Origin: Betaproteobacteria bacterium
GTDB lineage: Bacteria; Pseudomonadota; Gammaproteobacteria; Burkholderiales; SG8-41
Assembly: GCA_023266235.1 (NCBI GenBank)
Contig: JAHFRL010000009.1
Coordinates: forward strand, 1,820-65,819
Length of the DNA: 64,000 nucleotides
Reading direction: 5' to 3'
The notes under the pieces are model-generated. The model was not told the DNA's origin, ran no database searches, and saw only the letters and a list, made by a program, of their open reading frames with translations. Made by a program: the position numbers and the translations under genes. Positions 56,885 through 64,000 of the stretch are shown here, one piece after another. How positions within the stretch are numbered: position 1 is the first letter of the stretch; every line of letters starts with the position of its first letter.

Positions 56885-57999
56885 AGCCGCCGATGGACGC
56901 AGATAGAGTCAAAAACAAATACCGAAACGTCACCTATAGCGAGCACAGAAAAATGATTGCTTCGAAATTTTCTGCATTTTTATTTTCCTCTGCGGTTCGA
57001 TTCTTGATTTTCATCGGCGTTTATCGGCGTTTATCGGCGGTTACAGTTTTCGCTGCGCTGCTGTGCGGGGCCGCGCTTCACGTCGCATCGGCGCAGCCCT
57101 ACCCCACCCGGCCGATCAGGCTGATCGTCCCGTATCCGCCCGGCGCCAGCACCAACGACATCCTTGGCCGCGCGCTCGCGGTGCGCCTGTCCGAGGCGTT
57201 GGGACAGCAAATCGTCGTGGACAACCGCTCGGGCGCCAGCGGCAACATGGGTTCCGAGCTCGTGGCGAAATCGACGCCCGATGGTTACACGCTGCTGATC
57301 GGCGTCGCCGGCCCGCTGGCGGTCGGCCCGAGCGTGTATGCCAAGCTCGGCTACGATCCGATCAAGGACTTGGCACCCATCGCGATGTTTGCGTCGATAC
57401 CGTACGTGCTGGTCGTCAACCCCTCGGTGCCGGCGACCAACATCAAGGAACTGATCGCGCTCGCCAAAGCCAAACCGGGCCAGCTGAACTTCGCGTCGAG
57501 CGGCAACGGCGGCTCGCCGCACCTGTGCGGGGAACTGTTCAAGACCATGGCCGGCATCGACATCGTGCATATCCCGTACAAGGGCGCCGCCATCGCGATG
57601 ATCGACGTCTTGAGCGGGCAGATACCCATGATTTGCACTGGCGCGACGGCGCTCGCCGCGCACATCAAGGCCGGCCGGGTGCGCCCGCTCGGCGTGGCGA
57701 CGCTCAAGCGCACGGCGCTGATGCCGGAGTTGCCGACCATCAGCGAGCAGGGACTGACCGGTTTCGAGGTCAACTCGTGGAGCGGCCTGCTCGCGCCGGC
57801 AAAGACGCCGGAGCCGATCATCCGCCGCCTCTACGAAGCGGTGGCAAAGATCGTCAACAGCGACGACATGAAAAACTTTCTCGCGAACGTCGGTGCCGAG
57901 CCGGCGCTGATGGACCCGCGCGAGTTCGGCGCCTACCTTAAAGCCGATACCGCCAAGTGGGCGAAGGTAGTGAAAGCGGCGAACCTGAAGGTGGACTAG
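56881..57999 (+). CDS. Bug/TctC substrate-binding protein with repeat-derived N-terminus (start 56881 or 56953)
   Basis: YPTRPIRLIVPYPPGASTND, PDGYT, HIPYKG. Confidence 0.92.
   Translation: MKPPMDADRVKNKYRNVTYSEHRKMIASKFSAFLFSSAVRFLIFIGVYRRLSAVTVFAALLCGAALHVASAQPYPTRPIRLIVPYPPGASTNDILGRALAVRLSEALGQQIVVDNRSGASGNMGSELVAKSTPDGYTLLIGVAGPLAVGPSVYAKLGYDPIKDLAPIAMFASIPYVLVVNPSVPATNIKELIALAKAKPGQLNFASSGNGGSPHLCGELFKTMAGIDIVHIPYKGAAIAMIDVLSGQIPMICTGATALAAHIKAGRVRPLGVATLKRTALMPELPTISEQGLTGFEVNSWSGLLAPAKTPEPIIRRLYEAVAKIVNSDDMKNFLANVGAEPALMDPREFGAYLKADTAKWAKVVKAANLKVD
56886..57042. repeat. 10-bp-period inverted-arm element
   Basis: ccgccgatgg-acgcagat, AT-rich spacer, then ttcttgattttc-atcggcgttt-atcggcgttt-atcggcggtt. 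Confidence 0.88.
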
Positions 58000-58018
58000 A
58001 GTGATTCAGCGATTGAGT
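57999..58018. repeat. Short 8-bp-period arm (same unit as 13729)
   Basis: gagt-gattcagc-gattgagt directly after the Bug stop. Confidence 0.5.
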
Positions 58019-58086
58019 ACCCGTCATTGCAGCAAATCGCCTTTGGCGGCCGCTGAACTCAAACGCTTAGGCGTTCGATTTCGTTG

Positions 58087-59463
58087 TTACATAAGATGGG
58101 GCCTGCCGGGTTTCGGCAGAAGTTCTTCGATGCTCTGAGAAATCGACAACAGCGTCGCCTCGCAGCCTGGGGCGCACATCAGCTGGATACCTACGGGCAG
58201 GTCGGTCCCGACTGGTTTTACCGGTATGGAAATGCCGCACTGTCCGAACAGATTTCCCGGGCGCGTATTGCGCGTGCTCTTGTGAGTCCATGCGATCGCG
58301 GTTTCTACAGTCGCGCACTCGTCTACTGCCACCGCAGTGCTGAACGTCGTCGGACTGATCCAGCCGTCCAGCCACTGCATGCGCTTGCGCGCGATGCCGC
58401 GGAGCGCGTTTGCTCGATGCAGTTGACGAATGTAATCCACCGCTGTCAACGCGAACGCACCTTGCAGGCGGCTCCGCACGATGGGATCGAGCACCCCTTG
58501 TCCCGCTTGCACCCGTTCGCGGCCCAAGTGAGCCAGCAGCTCGGCTGCCATGATCGGGACGATGATTTCATTCGTTTCACGCACTTCCGGAATTTCGATT
58601 GGCACGAGTTCGACGCCCGCCTTTTCGAGTACTGTCAAGGCAGATTCAACGGATTGCCGAACGGTTGCAGTCAAGTCATCGAAATAGTGATTGGCCGGCC
58701 GACCCAGCTTAATACCGCGTATGGGCTTGGACGATGATGGAGGTTCGTTGCTCAGCGCGGCATACGCAATTGCCGCTTCCTCCGCAGAGCGGGAAAAGAA
58801 ACCAATAGAATCGAATGAATGCGATAGAGGGAAGACCCCGTCGAGCGACCACCGCCCGGCGGTCGCCTTGAATCCACACACGCCACATAGCGCAGCCGGC
58901 TGCCGCACGGAGCCGCCAGTGTCCGAACCAAATGCGAGAGCACACATGCCCGCCGCGAGCGCGACCGCCGAGCCGCTGCTCGAGCCGCCCGGCATGCGAT
59001 GCACTTTGGTATCCCACGGATTGCGCGGCGGCTTCTGATTCAAATTCACGAGCCCAAACGCGAACTCCGTCATCCGCGTCTTTCCCAAAATGACGCAACC
59101 GGCGCGCTTCAGTTTCCTGATGAAAGTGCCTTCGGGTTCGACGAGGTCACTGACATCGAGCCGTGAGCCAACCCTTGACTGCGGCATGCCGGCGACGGTG
59201 TACAAGTCCTTGACCGCAACGGGAACACCCATGAGCGGCCCGAGATCGACTCCGCCTGCCAGCAATCGGTCGACCCCGCGCGCTGTCTCAAGCGCTTGTT
59301 CGGATGCGACGTGCGTGAATGCCTCGAGTCCCGGATCGAGCGCAGCGATTCGCGCCAGATAAAGTCCGGTCGCCCGCTCCGAAGTGATCTCGCCTCGCCG
59401 CAAGCGGGCACCGAACTGCGCGATGCTTGATCCCGCGAGAGGATCTGCGGCAAGGTCATTCAT
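58087..59463 (-). CDS. Amidase-signature family amidase
   Basis: GVPVAVKD, PGGSSSGS, GSDTGGSVRQPA. Confidence 0.93.
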   Translation of the reverse strand: MNDLAADPLAGSSIAQFGARLRRGEITSERATGLYLARIAALDPGLEAFTHVASEQALETARGVDRLLAGGVDLGPLMGVPVAVKDLYTVAGMPQSRVGSRLDVSDLVEPEGTFIRKLKRAGCVILGKTRMTEFAFGLVNLNQKPPRNPWDTKVHRMPGGSSSGSAVALAAGMCALAFGSDTGGSVRQPAALCGVCGFKATAGRWSLDGVFPLSHSFDSIGFFSRSAEEAAIAYAALSNEPPSSSKPIRGIKLGRPANHYFDDLTATVRQSVESALTVLEKAGVELVPIEIPEVRETNEIIVPIMAAELLAHLGRERVQAGQGVLDPIVRSRLQGAFALTAVDYIRQLHRANALRGIARKRMQWLDGWISPTTFSTAVAVDECATVETAIAWTHKSTRNTRPGNLFGQCGISIPVKPVGTDLPVGIQLMCAPGCEATLLSISQSIEELLPKPGRPHLM

Positions 59464-59475
59464 GCAAGCGTGCCT

Positions 59476-60384
59476 CTAATCGCGCGGCGGCGGAATGGTG
59501 AGGAAACCCTTGAGCAAGTGATAGAAGCGATGTCGGTTGATTCCCAGCGGCGCGATGTGCGCGGAATGCGCCAATATCGAGAAGTGCTTATCGGGATTCG
59601 GCAACTCGCGGTAGAAGTTCAGGATGTCCTCGATTGTCGAAATGGCGTCGTGTGCGCCACGCATAATGTAAACGGGACAGGTGATCTTCTTCGGATCCAC
59701 CAACGGGAGCTTCGTGCACATGTCCAGGAACGTCCCCGTAGGAACGCTATCGCCGTCCTTCAGGGCCGCATCGGCCAGCGCCTGGACGACTTCCTCCTCG
59801 CAGGTGCGAACACCGGGCGCATCTCGCGTTAAGGACTGACGGAACGTGTCGCGCTTGACCGGCCGCATATTGCTGCTCCGATAGACGTCGAGCCCTTCGC
59901 GCCGCTTGGCGAGCGTCACGGATCCTTCGCCAGTCCATACGAACGCATCCAGTATCAGGCGCTCGACCTTGGCCGGATTGAGTTGCGCAAAGAGCGCTGC
60001 ACGCAACGCGCCGGATGACTGGCCATAAAAAGTGTATCTGCCCAGACCGGTTTCGCGATCGAGGACGACCGTGGCAGCTTTGAGGTCCTCGGCGCCCGTC
60101 GCGATGTCCGAATTGCTCGCAGTCCTCGAAGACCGGCCATAGCATTCGTGGTCCACAGTCCAGACGTCGAAGCCCATCTTCGCGCATTCGTCCATCACCG
60201 AATAGTCGTCGCGCCCTGGCACCTGCATGTCGTAACCCGGTTTACTCGAAAATGACGAGCCGTGAACCAAGAACAGCACCGGTGGGTTCTTGCCCTTCGC
60301 GGGCGGGTTAAGGCATTTGCGGAACATGTAGAGGTCGACGTTACCCTTCTTCGCCCAGTACTCCGCGCTCCAGATCTTCGCCAT
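59476..60384 (-). CDS. Alpha/beta hydrolase
   Basis: LVHGSS, YGRS, GQSSG, RGAHD, SAH. Confidence 0.85.
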   Translation of the reverse strand: MAKIWSAEYWAKKGNVDLYMFRKCLNPPAKGKNPPVLFLVHGSSFSSKPGYDMQVPGRDDYSVMDECAKMGFDVWTVDHECYGRSSRTASNSDIATGAEDLKAATVVLDRETGLGRYTFYGQSSGALRAALFAQLNPAKVERLILDAFVWTGEGSVTLAKRREGLDVYRSSNMRPVKRDTFRQSLTRDAPGVRTCEEEVVQALADAALKDGDSVPTGTFLDMCTKLPLVDPKKITCPVYIMRGAHDAISTIEDILNFYRELPNPDKHFSILAHSAHIAPLGINRHRFYHLLKGFLTIPPPRD

Positions 60385-60434
60385 TCGCAAAACTCCCGTA
60401 GGTTTCATACATACTGCGCGCGGATGCGCGCGAA

Positions 60435-61355
60435 TTATTCCGATTTCAGCCCCCCCGGCAGGATGTCCTTATCCAGGGTGTGGCAATAATCCGCGATATC
60501 GGCGGGTTTGCAGAACCACACCCTATCCTTCAGCTTGTGCGACACGCAATGTTTCAGCGCCTCGCGCAGCGGACGCAAGCGGAAGGGCTGACCATAAATG
60601 TACGGATGTATGGAGATGTTGTACACCAACGGGTGCTTCTCGGACTGCTCGATCATTTCGTCGAACTGGTCCACGAGCATGTCGCAGAATTCGCGCGCGG
60701 TGTGCTGGCGATGCATGACTTGGGACGCGTCGTTCAACTCTACCGGATAGGGTACTGAAAGCAGCGGGCCCGACCGCGTCCTTATCCAGAACGGCTGATC
60801 GTCGCAGGGCCAATCCATGATGTAGGTATAGCCGGCCTCCTTGATGAGGTCGGGCGTGGTCGCGCTCTCAGTGGCGCCGGCGCCCATCCAGCCTTTCGGA
60901 GCTTTACCTTCTTTCTCGGTAAAGGTCTTGGTCACCTGGCGGATGATCTCTTCCTCGTCGCCCTCCCACCTGAAATCGCTCAGATTTTCCGAGTTCGTCC
61001 GGCCGTGGCTCACGATCTCGTCGCCCCGCCGGCGTATCGCGTCAAACATCTGAGGACAATAGTCGTAGAGGAGGCTATTGGCGTTGTGGGCGACCGGCAG
61101 GTTGAGTTCGTCGAACAGGTCAAATAGCCGCCAGATTCCGATCCGGTTGCCGTAATCCCGCCACGAGTAGTTGCGGTGCGTCTGTGGTTCGTTGTGCTTG
61201 GCGTTGTCGTGGCCGCGTCCTTTCAAGAAAGCCCAACACTCGATGTTGGTCGTGATACAGAACGCGAGGCGCCTGCGGTTAGGCCAACTGTAATCTTTGC
61301 GTTCAATGATGGGCGAATAGTCGTAGCGGTTGTGGCGCGGTAGCTTCAGGCTCAT
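60435..61355 (-). CDS. Polysaccharide-deacetylase-fold protein (PuuE allantoinase-like)
   Basis: WPNRRRLA..NIE, WRDYGNRIGIWR, SHG, DDQPFW, VPYPVELND, SIHP. Confidence 0.85.
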   Translation of the reverse strand: MSLKLPRHNRYDYSPIIERKDYSWPNRRRLAFCITTNIECWAFLKGRGHDNAKHNEPQTHRNYSWRDYGNRIGIWRLFDLFDELNLPVAHNANSLLYDYCPQMFDAIRRRGDEIVSHGRTNSENLSDFRWEGDEEEIIRQVTKTFTEKEGKAPKGWMGAGATESATTPDLIKEAGYTYIMDWPCDDQPFWIRTRSGPLLSVPYPVELNDASQVMHRQHTAREFCDMLVDQFDEMIEQSEKHPLVYNISIHPYIYGQPFRLRPLREALKHCVSHKLKDRVWFCKPADIADYCHTLDKDILPGGLKSE

Positions 61356-61407
61356 TGTTTCCTCATGAATTCGTGGTTGTGGGTGGGAAAGATCGATGCA
61401 CGGTATT

Positions 61408-62388
61408 TCAGTCGGCGCGCGCGCCAGAATCTTTCACGGCAAGCCCCAGCTTGACCATTTCCGAGACCATGTGTGCGGCGAATTCTTCTGGCGTGCTCGT
61501 GATGGGCTCGGCGCTGATGCTGTTGTAGTACGCCCTGGCTTCCGGTGCGTTCACTGCTTTCACGACTTCGCTGTTCAGGCGAGCCAATATTTCTTTGGGT
61601 AGTCCGGCAGGCGCGAGGAGGCCGCTATAGAGGACCACTTCGTAGCCCGGGACACCCGCCTCGGCAATTGTGGGCACACCGGGAATCGCCGATGCGCGCT
61701 TTAAAGTCGTCACCCCGAGTGCGCGCACTTTTTCCGCCTGCATCATCGGAATCGCGGACGGCATCGTTGCGAAGGTCAACGCGATTTCTCCGCCGATGAT
61801 CCCGAGGATGGCCAAGGTGCCGCTCTTGTATGGGACATGCATGAGGTTGATGGCGGCGCGTTTCTTGAACATCTCGCCGGCGAGATGAATGACTGTTCCG
61901 ACGCCGGAGGAACCGTAGCTCACCTCACGGGGCCTGGCCTTCGCCAGCGCTATGAGCTCCTTGACGCTCTTCACGGGGAGCGACGGATGGATCACGAGCA
62001 CAAGCGGCGTCGAAGCAACCAGGCTGATCGGCGTGAAATCGTTGATCGAGTCGTACGGCAGCTTGCGATACAGGCTGGCGTTGATCGCGTGCGTAGTCAT
62101 GTCCTGCATGAAAAGCGTGTAACCGTCAGCCGGAGACTTCGCGACGAGATTGGCGGCGAGCGTCGTGCCGGCGCCCGGCCGGTTATCGATGACGACCTGT
62201 TTGCCCATTTCCTGGGACAGCGGCTTGGCCAGCGTGCGTGCAAGCCCGTCGGAGACGCCGGCTGCGGGAAAGCCGACGACAATACGTAGGGGCTTGGTGG
62301 GATAAGAGCTGTCGGCATTCGCCCCAGCGGTGCTGAGCGAAAGCAGTAAACCAGCGAAAACGGCAAAAGCGGGGGGTCTTTGTTGCAT
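61408..62388 (-). CDS. Bug/TctC substrate-binding protein
   Basis: YPTKPLRIVVGFPAAGVSD, ADGYT, HVPYK; AAGGAG RBS. Confidence 0.95.
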   Translation of the reverse strand: MQQRPPAFAVFAGLLLSLSTAGANADSSYPTKPLRIVVGFPAAGVSDGLARTLAKPLSQEMGKQVVIDNRPGAGTTLAANLVAKSPADGYTLFMQDMTTHAINASLYRKLPYDSINDFTPISLVASTPLVLVIHPSLPVKSVKELIALAKARPREVSYGSSGVGTVIHLAGEMFKKRAAINLMHVPYKSGTLAILGIIGGEIALTFATMPSAIPMMQAEKVRALGVTTLKRASAIPGVPTIAEAGVPGYEVVLYSGLLAPAGLPKEILARLNSEVVKAVNAPEARAYYNSISAEPITSTPEEFAAHMVSEMVKLGLAVKDSGARAD

Positions 62389-62418
62389 GTGATTCTCCTT
62401 GCATCAATTCCGCTAGTA

Positions 62419-62453
62419 TTCTAATATATTGAACATAATTCAAGTATACTGAA
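62419..62453. promoter_or_regulatory. Two tandem TTC-N9-GAA palindromes (putative IclR operators)
   Basis: TTCtaatatattGAA (62419-62433) and TTCaagtatactGAA (62439-62453), 20 bp apart. Confidence 0.6.
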
Positions 62454-62502
62454 TACATCTTAGGTGAGAGGTTGTGGCGGGTCAAGGGGAAACTCGGTTT
62501 CA

Positions 62503-63306
62503 ATGGCACAAACGATTTCTAATGGGGGTACATCGGGGCATAAGCGGCTGATGGCGAAGACGTTTTTGAAAGGATTGGATTTGTTGGAGACGCTGGCGAA
62601 CGCCGGGCGGCCCCTAAGCCTGTCGGAGATTTCAACGCTGCTCGAGGCGCCGAAGCCTAGCGTGCATTTCCTCCTCTCGGCGCTGACCGCACGGGGATAC
62701 GCCGAGCAGGACCCGGTCACGAAACGATATTTCCTTACCCTCAAGCTCTGGGAAATCGGCACGAAGGTGCTCGGACGCCTTGATCTGCGGCGTCTGGCAT
62801 CGGCCCATCTTGCGTCCCTGGCCGACGCCACCTCCGAAACCGTCAATCTCGCCATCCTCGATCACGACGACGTGCTGTACCTCGAGAAAATTGATAGCCC
62901 CATGCCCGTGCGCGCCTATACACCCGTAGGTCAACGCGCGCCCGCATACTGCACGGCCACAGGCAAGGCGCTAATTGCGTACGAGTCGGAGGAAATCATC
63001 AGCCGCGCGACGCGCAATATGAAGGCGCATTCACCGACCACGATTACCAGTGCCCATGCGCTGAGGAAGGAATTGGAGCGCGTGAAGAAAATGGGGTACG
63101 CGATTACTCGAGGAGAGTGGCAGGAGTCGGTCCGTGGGGTGGCAGTGCCGATCTGGGATAGCACAGGTAAAGTCGTCGCTGCCGTCGGCGTCTACGGACC
63201 TGCGTCTCGTCTCCCTCCGAAAACACTGCGCAAACTGGCGCTCAAGGTCAAGAAAACCGGAGCTGCAATATCAAGCGCTTTGGGTTATCGAAATCTCACG
63301 CCTTGA
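62503..63306 (+). CDS. IclR family regulator
   Basis: KGLDLLE, LSEIS HTH, ETVNLA, VGQRAPAYCTATGKAL, GVAVPI. Confidence 0.93.
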   Translation: MAQTISNGGTSGHKRLMAKTFLKGLDLLETLANAGRPLSLSEISTLLEAPKPSVHFLLSALTARGYAEQDPVTKRYFLTLKLWEIGTKVLGRLDLRRLASAHLASLADATSETVNLAILDHDDVLYLEKIDSPMPVRAYTPVGQRAPAYCTATGKALIAYESEEIISRATRNMKAHSPTTITSAHALRKELERVKKMGYAITRGEWQESVRGVAVPIWDSTGKVVAAVGVYGPASRLPPKTLRKLALKVKKTGAAISSALGYRNLTP

Positions 63307-63309
63307 GGA

Positions 63310-63462
63310 AGAAGATCGCCAAGCGACCGCCGCGACGGCCCTCGCTTGCTGCGAAGAATTAGTACCCCCTGCCGGAAATGCCAGCTCGACGGGTGACGTC
63401 GCGATTACCCATGGCCAGTCAGAAAAGGCGTACTTTGCCGAGGCAGGCAACAAAAGTAACAT
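63310..63462 (-). pseudogene. Possible degenerate 5' fragment of a Bug gene
   Basis: Strong GAGGAGG RBS; AFSDWP..PVELAFPAGGT..ARAVA resembles the Bug N-terminal motif. Confidence 0.35.
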
Positions 63463-63591
63463 TATCTACCTCCTCACTGCGTAGCTTTATGAACTCCACC
63501 CGAGTGCCCGCTTCGGATCATTTCCAAAAATTGGCGTTCGGACACGGCTGGTCAGATCAAGCCGGAACTGCTACACCAGAAGCGCCAAAAG

Positions 63592-63630
63592 CGTGAGGAG
63601 TGAACGAGTGAAGGAGTGAAGGAGTAACGA
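63592..63630. repeat. 8-bp-period arm
   Basis: gtgag-gagtgaac-gagtgaag-gagtgaag-gagtaac. Confidence 0.8.
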
Positions 63631-63631
63631 T

Positions 63632-64000
63632 TCAGGAAGCGTCCAGCTTTGCCGGCATCCCGAGCGGAAGTCGGACTGGCCCTGCGGCGCGTATTTCGCA
63701 ATCAAGAACCTCCTGCGCGGTAAGCGGGCGACCCACATATCCACCCTGGATGCGCTCGCAGCCGAGCGTCGACAGCGCAGCCGCAGTCTCGGCGTCCTCC
63801 ACGCCTTCAGCCGTCACTCGAAGCCCGAGGTCCCGCGCCAGATGAGCCAGCGAACGAACGATCTTCGCGTGGAACGTCGCTTGCCGCATGTCGCTCACGA
63901 ACTTGGCGCCGACCTTCACCTCGTCGAGCGGCAGTTGCGCCAGGTTGCTCAGGGAGGATGAACCGGTGCCGAAGCCGTCGATCCCGAGACGCAGCCCGAG
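63632..64000 (-). CDS. EAL domain protein, C-terminal part (runs off window)
   Basis: LGIDGFGTGSSSL, LPLDEVKV, AEGVE, IQG. Confidence 0.85.
   Translation of the reverse strand, partial: LGLRLGIDGFGTGSSSLSNLAQLPLDEVKVGAKFVSDMRQATFHAKIVRSLAHLARDLGLRVTAEGVEDAETAAALSTLGCERIQGGYVGRPLTAQEVLDCEIRAAGPVRLPLGMPAKLDAS

Overview
This is a GC-rich bacterial window, most consistent with a Betaproteobacterium given its heavy Bug/TctC expansion. It is a patchwork of catabolic genes: 13 Bug/TctC solute receptors with no TctA/TctB, five amidohydrolases, two xanthine-dehydrogenase-family Mo-hydroxylases (one a Mo-FAD fusion), UbiD, PaaK-like, MmgE/PrpD, TauD and amidase genes, a Liv-type ABC transporter, two VapBC-type TA pairs, a cNMP-domain Ser/Thr kinase, CspA, and LysR and IclR regulators. 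I saw no rRNA, tRNA, CRISPR array or transposase. Three things stand out. (1) The ORF track splits a hidden selenoprotein in two. It is an exported, Cys-free peroxiredoxin-like protein (48125-48655) with an in-frame UGA at the peroxidatic position (FTPT-U) and a SECIS-like hairpin, followed by a TlpA-like thioredoxin. (2) A family of about 14 short-period (7, 8, 9, 10 bp) tandem-repeat elements with inverted arms sits at gene junctions. They supply stop and start codons, lie inside three Bug signal-peptide regions, and bracket compositionally foreign blocks. (3) Several orphan gene remnants lie directly behind intact genes, suggesting frequent gene replacement. All family assignments come from recognising motifs by eye; no database search was run.
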